Source: Eledone cirrhosa (taxonomy: Eukaryota). From it: DNA of 64,000 nt. The notes under the pieces were generated by a model that was given only the letters and a program-made list of their open reading frames with translations, made no database searches and had not been told where the DNA came from. The stretch lies in contig OZ024759.1 in the NCBI GenBank assembly GCA_964016885.1, forward strand, positions 17,918,001-17,982,000, read 5' to 3'. Shown piece after piece: positions 1 through 64,000 of the stretch (its first letter is position 1; every line of letters begins with the position of its first letter). The position numbers and the translations under genes are program-made.

Positions 1-34
<34 letters not shown>

Positions 35-102
35 CATATATATTATATATATATATGTGTGTGTGTGTGTAGATAAGGTAAAGGAAAGAAAAGTGCTCTA
101 TG

Positions 103-172
103 TATAGTTCTGATGAACGAGCTAGATGTTTCTGTAAGGATCATCTAGTTTCCTGAATCCCTTTGGTAATGG
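103..172 (+). ncRNA. Degenerate hammerhead ribozyme motif
   Basis: CTGATGA (110-116), stem II gagctagatg/catctagttt, GAAT instead of GAAA, CC-CTTT-GG stem III, TA. Stem I is weak. Confidence 0.45.
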
Positions 173-218
173 AATAATTATATTCTGTGGTGTATTATGT
201 ACGTAAATATATATATAT

Positions 219-254
<36 letters not shown>

Positions 255-257
<3 letters not shown>

Positions 258-584
258 AGGTGAGTTTTATTGTAGTACAATAAAGCAATGCAGATATCGG
301 ATAAGAAGCACTCTACAGTTTGTAGGACTCGAGTATACATAATATATAAGATCAAAAGATGGTTAAAAGAGTTCCATGTATTTTATTATGCACATTTCAA
401 AATGGTGCAGTTTTAAATCAACATATGTTGATTTAAAACTGCACCATTCACAAGTGTTTTTTAACCTTCATATCATGTCTTCCTATTTTATCTGATGAAA
501 ACACAAATGTTATTGCATGATGATATTTGCTTTTGAAATGCGCATAATAAAATACATGGAACTCTTTTAACCATCTTTTGATCT

Positions 585-592
<8 letters not shown>
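255..592. mobile_element. (TA)n-flanked fold-back Penelope-like fragment, family H1
   Basis: Inverted arms ~339-402/533-592, a perfect 48-bp palindrome at 401-448 and a hammerhead. Further copies at 22414-22503, 25445-25716 and 32425-32706. Confidence 0.7.
484..554 (+). ncRNA. Minimal type I hammerhead ribozyme (family H1)
   Basis: TATTTTAT-CTGATGA-(aaacacaaatgtta..tgatatttgctttt stem II)-GAAA-T-GCGC-A-TA-ATAAAATA. 8-bp stem I, palindromic stem III ATGCGCAT. Confidence 0.85.
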
Positions 593-622
<30 letters not shown>

Positions 623-749
623 AGAAGCAAAAAATTGCTTATTGTGATCCAGTTCTTGGTTAAGAAAGCCAGTTTCATGGATGGTTTCAACGTACGGTTA
701 GGGGTAACTCCACAAGTTTGTAAGAATTCCGTTCAATCTTGGAGTATAA

Positions 750-1861
750 AGTATAAAAGAGAAAACACAGGTAAGCATTAAGAGAAGGATTTTATCCAGG
801 TATTTACGACCGTTTCATTGGTAAGTGCAACCTTATATTGCTGTACTGCAAATAGCAGCCACTCAATTATAATTGTTGTTCAGTCCAGATTTTCAAAATA
901 GTTATGTAACTACCCTTGCAAACAAGACCTGGCAACTGAGGGAAAGTAACCATCAATACACCCTGAAGCGGAAAAAATTATCGAACGCGCCCCCATATCG
1001 GAGTGATATGAGAAGCTGTCGATTATGCGACCTTGAGCTGTTCCACATCTTGAGTTCGAAGAATAAGTTACTCAACAATAAAATCGAAAGATCAATTTAT
1101 TGTAACCATAGACTCAAAGAGAAGTTTTCGCACTACAAATCGAAACCTTAACCTCTTACTACCAACTGACAAACTGTATATACTTAGACTTTATACCCTC
1201 TTGTTGTATCTAAACCCTTTTAATTACCCACAAAACAATTCATATATCCCTCTCTTCTCCCTCATTCCTTCTCTATTTCTTTGTTTTCTTCCTTCCTTCC
1301 CTCCCCTTCTTGGCTATCTTTTCTTCTTTCTCACCCCCTTCTTTGATTTATTTTTGTCATTATTATCTTTATCTTTATTTTTTTTCTATATATATATATA
1401 TATATTTATCTCTTTATATCTCCCCCCCCCCCCCATCTCTCCCTCTCTATCCATCCCACCCACTATGATCAATTTAATTCTCTTTAACTCACTACATTCC
1501 ATGATATGAAGTCTGCTATCAAAACTGACCAAAGAATCCTTCCACCACTACACCTCCCTCCATCTCAGTTTGTCACTCTACTTCCTACCTCTTCCCCCTT
1601 CCTCTCTCTCTATACTATCCAGTTTGTCCCCTCACCTTCTGATTCCTCTCTCTCTATACTAGTAAATACAATTCCAAATAAATGTTTTTCTCTATATATT
1701 AAGAATTATTTCAAGAGTAACTTACTATTTTGAAAATTTGGACTGTGAACAACAATTATAATTGAGTGGCTGCTATTTGCAGTATAGCAATATAAGGTTG
1801 CACTTACCAATGAAACGGTCGTAAATCCTTCTCTTAATGCTTACCTGTGTTTTCTCTTTTA

Positions 1862-1866
<5 letters not shown>
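750..1866 (+). mobile_element. 5'-truncated Penelope-like retroelement with inverted terminal repeat
   Basis: ORF 873-1151 (TTLANKTWQLRES..YTLK..PY..CRLCDLELFHIL..LLNNKIE..CNHR) resembles the C-terminal part of the PLE GIY-YIG endonuclease. Segment 750-902 is an inverted copy of 1724-1866. Confidence 0.75.
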
Positions 1867-1898
<32 letters not shown>

Positions 1899-1916
1899 AA
1901 TGAGAAAGAGAGTGAG

Positions 1917-1964
<48 letters not shown>

Positions 1965-2075
1965 ATATATATATATAGGAAACAAGTCAGAAACTATTAC
2001 CCACTCTACTACTCTAAGTATTGAGTACTCTGGTACGTTATGGTTCACCTGGTTCCTTACCACACTTCATTCATT

Positions 2076-2121
<46 letters not shown>

Positions 2122-2254
2122 ATAAGAATATTTATACTTATATATGTTTAATATACAATTATAAATATGGAGGGTACTACTAAGTACTAGCCGGTTACTG
2201 GTATGACAAAAGGCTCAATGACTAGGATTTTAATCACCTGTTTAGACATCCCTA

Positions 2255-2301
2255 TGCTCTGATGATCCCAGACTTCCCTCTGGAAGAAACAATTGTCAGC
2301 A
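2255..2301 (+). ncRNA. Minimal type I hammerhead ribozyme (family H2)
   Basis: TGCT-CTGATGA-tcccag..ctggaa-GAAA-C-AATT-G-TC-AGCA, with palindromic stem III ACAATTGT and a GUC cleavage triplet. Sits in a unique island between (TA)n tracts. Confidence 0.82.
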
Positions 2302-2338
2302 AATAAATTAATTAAACTAAGATTTGATTGTTTTAACA

Positions 2339-2400
<62 letters not shown>

Positions 2401-2594
2401 GTATATAATGTATGAATATGTATATATTTGTATGTTAACTTTGTATGTTAATACTATATGTCTCTCTATATTAGTTTTACATTATTACAATATGAATATA
2501 TATTTGTATATCATTTTAAAAATTCTAACTTTGAAATTAATATATTCAATAAAACACTCATCTGTATTTAGGGGTTTTTTGTGTTTTGTGTAGC

Positions 2595-2636
<42 letters not shown>

Positions 2637-3070
2637 TGTGTGTGTAGCTGTTTATATGTGTGTGTGCAGCTGTTTGTGTGTATATGTCTGTGTGTATGTG
2701 TGTGTGGCCTTTTGCATATATGTGTGGCTATTTGTGTGTGTCTATGTGTGTGTGCGTGTGTGCGAGTTTGTATTTATATGTTTCTTTGTATATGTCTATC
2801 CGTCTGTGTGTGGCAGTTTCTGAGTGTGTGTATGTTTGTCTGCATGTGTTTGTTTCTAAATGTTTGTATGTGTATGTATGTATGTATGTATGTATGTATG
2901 TATGTATGTATGTATGTATGTATGTATATATGTATGTATGTGTCTGTCTATGTGTATATGTATAGGTATCTGTGTGTTTGAGTATTGGTGCATGCATGCA
3001 CACATTCATGTGTGTATGTGTGCGTGTATCTTTATGTTTCTGTGTGTATATATATGATATATGTATACAC
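2595..3070. repeat. (TG)n/(TATG)n compound microsatellite
   Basis: Directly visible. Confidence 0.95.
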
Positions 3071-3319
3071 ATATATTGGGTCATCAAGTATGAAATTTGT
3101 AGAAATTTGTTTGTTTTTTTCTACAAATTTCTACAAATTTCATATTTGACAACCTAATAATATATGAAAAAAGACTTGTAAAACCATTATGTATGTTAGA
3201 AAATACTTTTGTTTGTTAGATCCCATTTTCTAGCTGATAATAATTAAAAGGTCTTAATTTTCTCTAAATCTTCATTAAGTTGAATCTCAACCAATGCATT
3301 CAGATCTGTTTCTCATCTT

Positions 3320-3958
3320 CTCTGTCTGTCTGTCTGCCTGTTTGTCTGTCTGTCTGTCTGTCTATTTGCCTGTCTGTCTGCCTGTTTGTCTGTCTGCCTG
3401 TTTGTCCGTCTGTCTGTATGTCTGTATGTATGTCTGTATGTATGTCTGTCTGCCTGCCTGTTTGTCTGTCTGTCTGTATGTCTGTCTGTATGTCTGTATG
3501 TCTGTATGTCTGTCTGCCTGCTTGTTTGTCTGTCTGTCTGTCTGTCTATTTGTCTGTATGTCTGTCTGTATGTATGTCTGTATGTATGTATGTCTGCCTG
3601 CCTGCCTGTTTGTCTGTCTGTCTGTATGTCTGTCTGTATGTCTGTATGTCTGTCTGCCTGCTTGTTTGTCTGTCTGTCTGTCTGTCTATTTGCATGTCTG
3701 CCTGTCTGTATATGTCCGTCTGTCTGTATGTCTGTCTGTATGTCTGTCTGTATGTCTGTCAGCCTGTCTGCCTATCTGTCTATCTGTCTACCTGTTTGTC
3801 TGTCAGTCAACTTGTCTGTCTGTCTGTCTGTCTGTCTGTCAGTTAGCCTGTCAGTCAGTCAGTTAGCCTGTCTGTCTATTTGTCTGACAGTCAGTCAACC
3901 TGTCTGTCTCTCTGTCTGCCTATCTGTCTATCTGTCTACCTGTTTGTCTGTCAGTCAA

Positions 3959-3992
<34 letters not shown>

Positions 3993-4787
3993 AGTTAGCC
4001 TGTCAGTCAGTCAGTTAGCCTGTCTGTCTATTTGTCTGACAGTCAGTCAACCTGTCTGTCTCTCTGTCTGCCTATCTGTCTATCTGTCTACCTGTTTGTC
4101 TGTCAGTCAACTTGTCTGTCTGTATGTCTGTCTGTCTGTCAGTTAGCCTGTCAGTCAGTCAGTTAGCCTGTCTGTCTATTTGTCTGACAGTCAGTCAACC
4201 TGTCTGTCTCTCTGTCTGCCTATCTGTCTATCTGTCTACCTGTTTGTCTGTCAGTCAACTTGTCTGTCTGTCTGTCTGTCTGTCTGTCAGTTAGCCTGTC
4301 AGTCAGTCAGTTAGCCTGTCTGTCTATTTGTCTGACAGTCAGTCAACCTGTCTGTCTCTCTGTCTGCCTATCTGTCTATCTGTCTACCTGTTTGTCTGTC
4401 AGTCAACTTGTCTGTCTGTATGTCTGTCTGTCTGTCAGTTAGCCTGTCAGTCAGTCAGTTAGCCTGTCTGTCTATTTGTCTGACAGTCAGTCAACCTGTC
4501 TGTCTCTCTGTCTGCCTATCTGTCTATCTGTCTACCTGTTTGTCTGTCAGTCAACTTGTCTGTCTGTCTGTCTGTCTGTCTGTCAGTTAGCCTGTCAGTC
4601 AGTCAGTTAGCCTGTCTGTCTATTTGTCTGACAGTCAGTCAACCTGTCTGTCTCTCTGTCTGCCTATCTGTCTATCTGTCTACCTGTTTGTCTGTCAGTC
4701 AACTTGTCTGTCTGTCTGTCTGTCTGTCTGTCAGTTAGCCTGTCAGTCAGTCAGTCAGTTAGCCTGTCTGTCTATTTGTCTGTCTAC
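3320..4787. repeat. (TCTG)n-derived satellite with a 148-bp higher-order unit in ~3760-4780
   Basis: Near-identical ORFs recur at 4112, 4260, 4408, 4556 and 4704 (period 148). About 7 units grade into degenerate TCTG repeats. Confidence 0.93.
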
Positions 4788-4794
4788 CTTCATC

Positions 4795-4800
4795 TTTATT
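4795..4800 (-). promoter_or_regulatory. Candidate polyadenylation signal AATAAA
   Basis: tttatt on the + strand, 22 nt past the CA stop codon and just before the (TCTG)n satellite. No transcript evidence. Confidence 0.4.
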
Positions 4801-4822
4801 TCCTTCATTCTCGCCACACCAT

Positions 4823-57935
<53,113 letters not shown>

Positions 57936-58039
57936 TGTTGTTGTTGTTGCTGTTGTGGTGGTTTGGTGGTAGTGGTGCTGCACAGTGTCAGCTTCTTTGC
58001 AAAAAAGGTACAAAATTAACAACAGCTACAATAATTATA

Positions 58040-58041
58040 GC

Positions 58042-58078
<37 letters not shown>

Positions 58079-58514
58079 ACAGTAGTAGTAGTAGTAAATG
58101 ATATTAATATTAACAACAATACTACTACTACTACTACTACCAGCAACAACAATAGAAATAGATATTTAGATAATAATAATGATGATAATAATGTTGTGTA
58201 AGTCACCTGCGACCTTTGCTGTTGTTGTTGCTGCTGCTGCTGTTACTACTACTACTACTACTACTACCACTACTACTACTACTACTACTACCACCACGAT
58301 TACTACTACTACTACTACTATTACTACTACCACCACTACCACCACTACTACCACCACTACCACTACCACTACTACTACTACTACTACTACCACCACGATT
58401 ACTACTACTACTACTACTACTACCACGACGACCACCACCACCACTACTACTACTAATGTTGGAGGCTATGAAATAATAATAATAATAATAACATTTCACC
58501 TGCTGCTGTTGCTG

Positions 58515-58563
<49 letters not shown>

Positions 58564-58580
58564 CACTACCACTACCACTT

Positions 58581-58634
<54 letters not shown>

Positions 58635-58730
58635 TTGGTGATGTTGCTGGGACTAGTAATACTACTACTATTACTACTACCACCTCCACTACAACCGCCA
58701 CAGCTACTGCTACAACAACTACTACTACTG
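58040..58730. repeat. (GTA)n/(TAC)n/(CAC)n trinucleotide block directly upstream of the CA start codon
   Basis: Directly visible. Confidence 0.93.
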
Positions 58731-58868
58731 ACAATATCAATTACAACAATGGTTTCTTTATTAGCCACACAGGGCTCACATTAAGGAAACATTAAAGACG
58801 GAACAGGATGATACAGTATGAGGAGCAAGTGTTGAATATATACATACATATATATATATATGATGATG

Positions 58869-58914
<46 letters not shown>

Positions 58915-58926
<12 letters not shown>

Positions 58927-59063
58927 ATGTCTGCATGCATGTGTGTATATATTCTTTGTCTAAAATAAAAATAATAATAATGATTTCTTTATTAACCAGA
59001 AAGGGTCCACATGAAGAAAACATTATGACAGTACAGGACAAAAACATTGAGTGTGAATGTGTC

Positions 59064-59110
<47 letters not shown>

Positions 59111-59247
59111 ATGTCTGCATGCATGTGTGTATATATTCTTTGTCTAAAATAAAAATAATAATAATGATTTCTTTATTAACCAGAAAGGGTCCACATGAAG
59201 AAAACATTATGACAGTACAGGACAAAAACATTGAGTGTGAATGTGTC

Positions 59248-59283
<36 letters not shown>
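58915..59283. repeat. 184-bp tandem duplication bounded by (TA)n
   Basis: gtatgtctgcatgcatg at 58925 and 59109. The unique parts of the two units appear identical. Confidence 0.9.
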
Positions 59284-59288
<5 letters not shown>

Positions 59289-59384
59289 TGAAATTTCAGT
59301 TGGAAACAGAAAAGGTCATAGAAATGAAGAGTGCTCTATGTAAGTATCAGAGCAAAATTTAATGTATAAAATCAATACAATATA

Positions 59385-59462
59385 ATTACCTCATTACCAG
59401 AGGTTTCCCGAATGAGGCGAATACGAAATAAACGACTTCATTCGTTCGTCAGACGAGGCAAT
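59385..59462 (-). ncRNA. Canonical type I hammerhead ribozyme (family H5)
   Basis: Minus strand reads ATTGCCTCGT-CTGACGA-a-cgaatga..tcattcg-g-GAAA-CC-TCT-GG-TA-ATGAGGTAAT. 10-bp stem I, 7-bp stem II, GUA triplet. Confidence 0.88.
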
Positions 59463-60124
59463 ATAAAACATGGGCAAATACTTAGAAAAACACATCAAGA
59501 AAATCAAAAAAATATATAGATAAATGAAATAGAAATTGAAATATATAAAAATCTATCAAGAAAAATAGTTAGGTGTGTGTATGTGTATGTGTATGTATAT
59601 ACGCTCATAGATGTGCATATATGTATATGTGCACGTGTAAATGTATGGTTAGAAAGTGTGCGTAATTATAAAAATTTAGGGCAAATGTATCTATATGTCT
59701 GTATTATATATATATATATATATATATGTTTCTGTGTGTGTATTTGTGTGTGGGCTTTGCAAATAATTTCCTTATTATTTGCAACAGGGGTTCATTGGAT
59801 GAAGGAGACATTACTAATACGAGTTATAAGATTAAGGTGGAGGAGGTGGAGAGGGTGTTGGGGGTTGATATAGAAACGAGTGCATCCATAGTGTGTGTTA
59901 TATAAGATATTCCATAGCATATACAGTTATATAAGATATTCGGCTGTCCTGGTACAGGGAGCTGAATACTTAAGGCTATTTCAGGAGCCCCTCAGGTCCA
60001 CAATAATCCTGACTAAGAAGTGAATAAGGGGTTTCTTTTATTGGCCACAGGGATAAACGATATTGAGGACATTACGAGAAGTATGCCTTCTTTTTTCTTC
60101 ATTCTTTTGTAGAAATCTTTGTAT

Positions 60125-61225
60125 ATGGTGTGTGTGTGTGTGTGTGTGTGTGTAGGTGTAAGCACGTGTGAATGTGTGTGTGAGCGTGTGTATGATTATG
60201 TGTATGTATAGGTGTGAGGATGTGTGATATTGTATATGTGTGTGTGTGTGTGTGAATGTGTGTTTGTGTGAATGTGTGTATGATTCTGTGTAAGTATAGG
60301 TGTGAGCATGTGGTAGTTTATGTATGTGTGTTTATGTGTGTGAATGTGTGTGTGTGTGTGTGTGTGTATGCATGAGTGTGAATGATTCTGTGTATGTATA
60401 GGTGTGTGCATGTGGTATTTTGTGTGTGCGTGTGTGAATGTGTGTTTATGAATGAATAAATATATGTATGTGTGTGTGAGCGTGTGGGATTCTGTGTGTG
60501 TGAATGTATGTTTTATTCTATGTATGTGAGACTATATGTGCATGATTCTGTGAGAAAGAGAGTGTGTGTATGAGAGAGAGAGAGAGGGAGTGTGTGTATG
60601 TGAGAGAGAGAAAGTGTGTGTGCGTGAAAGAGAGTGTGTGTGAGAGAGAGAGAGAGTGTGTGCATGTGAGAGAGAGAGAGGGAGTGTTTGTAAGAGAGAG
60701 AGAAAGAATGTGTGTGTGTAATTGTGATAGAGAGAGAGTGTGTGTGTGTGTGTGAGAGAGAGGGGGAGAGTGTTTGTGAGAGTGTATGAGTGTGTGTGTG
60801 AGAGAGGGTGTTTGTGAGAGTGTATGAGTGGGTGTGTGTGAGAGAGAGGGTGTGTGTCTTGTGAGAGTGTATGAGTGTGTGTGTGTATGAGAGTGTTTGT
60901 GAGAGAGTATGAGTGTGTGTGTGTGTGTGAGAGAGAGTGTGTTTGTGAGAGTGTATGAGTGTATGTGTGTGTGAGAGAGAGAGAGTGTTTGTGAGAGTGT
61001 ATGAGTGTATGTGTGTGTGAGAGAGAGAGTGTTTGTATGTGAGTGTATGAGTGTGTGTGTGAGAGAGAGAGAGTATGTTTGTGTGTGTGTGAGAAAGAGT
61101 GTTTGTGTGACTGACTGACAGAGAGAGAGCAAGGGTGTGTCTGTGTGAGTGTGACAGTGTGTGTGTCTGTGTTAGTGTGACAGTGTGTGTGTCTGTGTGA
61201 GTGTGACAGAGAGGGTGTGTGTGTA
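60125..61225. repeat. (TG)n/(GA)n compound microsatellite
   Basis: Directly visible. Confidence 0.92.
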
Positions 61226-61309
61226 TTATAGGTATTGATCAGGCAAGTCCTGATTCTCTGTTAAACTAAAATTTAAAATGGAAAGATCCAAATAGGTTGT
61301 GTGTGTATC

Positions 61310-62030
61310 TGGACAGATCTTGGTCTAACTGGGTCTCACTGGCTCCATCTAGATCTATCTACATCTAACTCAGTCTATTTTGCTCTAACTGTGTCTATCT
61401 AAGTCGAACTGTGTTTATTTGGCCCTATCTAGGTCCAACTGGGTCTATCTAGGTCTAACTGGGTCTATCTTGGTCTATCTAGGTCTAACTTGTCTATCTA
61501 GGTTTAACTGGGTCTATCTTGATCTATCTAGGTCTAACTGGTCTACCTAGCTCTATCTTGGTCTATCTAGGTCTAACTGGTCTATATGAGTCTATCTAGG
61601 TCTAACTGTGTTTATCTTGGTCTAACTATTTCTATCTAAGTCTAACTATTTCTAGCTTCGTCTAACTGTATCTATCTAGGTCCAACTGTCTCTATATTAG
61701 TATAACTGAGTCTATCTAGGTCTACCTGTGTCTATATTGGTCTATCCGTGTATGTCTGTGTTTATCTTGGTCTAACTGTAGCTATCTGGGTCTTAGTGGG
61801 TCTATCTTGGCCTCACTGTGTCTATCTTGGTCTAATTATGTCTAAGTAGGTCTTAGTCTATCTGTGTCTGTGTTTATCTCAGTCTATATCTGTCTAATTT
61901 TGTTTATCTTGGTCAATCTGGGTCTAACTAGTTCTATCTCAATCTCGGTTCATCTAGGTCTAACTGTGTTTATCTGGGTCTGTGTCTATCTTGATTTAAC
62001 CGGTTCTATGTAGGTCTATCTGGATCTAAG
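61310..62030. repeat. Degenerate ~10-bp satellite (GGTCTATCTA / GGTCTAACTG)
   Basis: gtcta recurs at about 9-10 nt spacing. Confidence 0.85.
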
Positions 62031-62117
62031 TCTGTGTGGGTGTGACTGGATTGAGCTGTGGATGTGAGAGGAGTCAGGGTGTGGGAATAGAGACAATCAG
62101 GTGACAGTCAACCTTTT

Positions 62118-62257
62118 GCTTCTTCTTCTTCTTCTTCTTCTTCTTTTTCTTCTTCTTCTTCTTCTTCTTCTTCTTCTTCTTCTGCTTTTTCTTCTTCTTC
62201 TTCTTCTTCTTCTTCTTCTTCTTCTTCTTCTTCTTCTTCTTCTTCTTCTTCTTCTTC
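62118..62257. repeat. (CTT)n microsatellite
   Basis: Directly visible homopyrimidine tract. Confidence 0.97.
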
Positions 62258-62511
62258 TCCCCCTTCCCCCTCCCTCCACTATAAACCAAGACACCTGTTG
62301 TCACCAGGTTGTTTAATCATCACAACTACACTATTAACACCACCACCACCACCACACAACAACAACAACAACTGCTATCATAACCAATAAAACAAGTAAT
62401 ACTTCCCTTTCCACTATCTCCACCACTAGATAGTTAGATAGACAGAGAGAAAGATAGTTAGATAGACAGAGAGAAAGATAGTTAGATAGACAGAGAGAAA
62501 GATAGTTAGAC

Positions 62512-63443
62512 ATCTTTCTTTATTTGCCACATTACAAGACGTGATGGCGGGGGGTTTTACATAAAAATCATATAACTTTAACATTAATAAATAACAATAA
62601 ACTATATATAATAAAATAACAATTGAAATCCCCAATAGGGGGGAACGTTACTGCGGGGTTGTTTTACACCCCCGTGGACAGAACAACCCTCAACACCAGG
62701 AACACGTTTTGTAGGTGTTTCTGTCTTCCCTCTGTTTATCTTCCTCAACCTACAGGTTTATATACAGAGAAGGCCCATTCACTCGGGCCATTTTCGCCAC
62801 ATTCACCCACCTTTCAGCGAATTTACTGGGGTGTAGCACCTCTTTCTCCATGCTCACCTTCCTTCTGAAGTGGTACTTAAAGAAGGCGTTAAGTTGTTGT
62901 CCTTTTAACCTCATCCACCATATTACCTCTTTCACCATAGCCACCAGACAGAGGAAGACTGCCTCTCCTTCATTCTTAAATGAAGGCGGCGGGGTGATCC
63001 TCCCGATGGACTCGGCTGACAACTGGATGCGTCCCACACATGACGGTAGCTGTTCGACGTAATTCCACAGGTCGGTCACCCCTAGGCACTGAACAATTGT
63101 ATGCAGAACAGTTTCGATGTCCTGCTCGCATCTTGGACAGGTCCTTTTGGCAGGATCTCTGCCAGGGCGTTCGTGCCTGTAGATTTTGTCTCGAACTGGT
63201 AGAGCTCCTCGGTAGCACTGCCAGGCCAGAGACCTCTGGAAGTTATCCATAGGCCCTGGACGGAAAGTCATCCCAAACAGACTGGTCAGTCATCTTCCTC
63301 GATGCCTAGAATTTCCCCGAGAACGTCGTCGCACTTATCCCCCACTAATCCCCTATAGAATGTCGAAGTGGAGTCTCCGCTGATTGCCGGTTCCGCTTGG
63401 TAGAGGGCTGTGAGCGCCTGAAGGCACTCGAGGTGCCAGGCAT
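62512..63443 (-). mobile_element. 5'-truncated L1/Tx1-like non-LTR retrotransposon
   Basis: AWQCYRGALPV..CPRC..ETVLHTIVQC..LW is the C-terminal CCHC (zf-RVT-type) region. The 3' UTR has AATAAA and both ends abut GATA-type repeats. Confidence 0.8.
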
Positions 63444-63459
63444 GATAGTTAGATAGATT

Positions 63460-63491
<32 letters not shown>

Positions 63492-63524
63492 TAGAGATAG
63501 ATTGATAGATAGATATAAATAGAT

Positions 63525-63556
<32 letters not shown>

Positions 63557-64000
63557 CATGGATAGTGGAAGTGAGAGAAAGACAGACAGAGAGAAAGTGA
63601 AAGAAAGAGAGAAAGACAGATAGACGGAAAGAAAAAGAAAGAGTGAGAGAAAGAGAGAGAGGGTAAAGAAAGAGTGATTACTTGTAAAATCAACCCAGTT
63701 GAGGTCTCCCTGTATATTTATAAGCTGGGGGATCTTAACAACATCATGCTTCTCCCACACACATACATACATGCTGAACATCCTCCTGTGAAGCATTGCA
63801 CTGAGGTCCTAACTTGCTGGTCATTTTTTAAATTATTATTGCACCAGGTTCCGAGCTGGGAAGGAACCACAGAAAATAATTAATTGATGATGCTTTTGTC
63901 AGCCATATTTCCTTCAAAACAAATAAAAAAACCAATAGGAAAAGCATAAATTTCATGTTCAAAATTCTAACCAAACCAACTGCTTTTAAAATTTGTAAAT

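Noticed and set aside
1740-1830. Complete hammerhead at GAAACGGTCGTA (also GAAACAATTGTC near 37806 and GAAATCATTGTA near 47358)
   Set aside because: Only the 3' half is visible, with no CUGANGA and matching stem I, so these are listed as half-cores only.
62074-62316. Poly-Lys/Arg/Leu ORFs
   Set aside because: They are translations of the (CTT)n microsatellite.

Overview
Eukaryotic, very AT- and microsatellite-rich animal DNA. The repeat repertoire (CORE- and Meta-type tRNA SINEs, RTE LINEs, huge (TA)n tracts) suggests an octopod cephalopod, which is an inference. The window holds one host gene on the minus strand: an 8-exon, 362-aa secreted, probably GPI-anchored alpha-carbonic anhydrase (57935 to 4823) with a ~35 kb first intron. 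It has intact Zn ligands, Lys in place of the His64 proton shuttle, and an Asn/Thr-rich insertion. The rest is mobile and repetitive DNA: 5'-truncated RTE LINEs with a PHD finger inside the RT, Tx1/L1-like and CRE-like remnants, two SINE superfamilies, piggyBac/hAT/mariner relics and several higher-order tandem repeats. The most striking unannotated layer is a set of (TA)n-flanked, often fold-back Penelope-like fragments carrying about a dozen minimal type I hammerhead ribozyme motifs from several unrelated sequence families. Some are fully canonical, and several lie on the sense strand of the carbonic anhydrase introns or just upstream of it. All alignments and folds were read by eye, so repeat boundaries are approximate. 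Nearly all ORFs in the supplied track are microsatellite artefacts.
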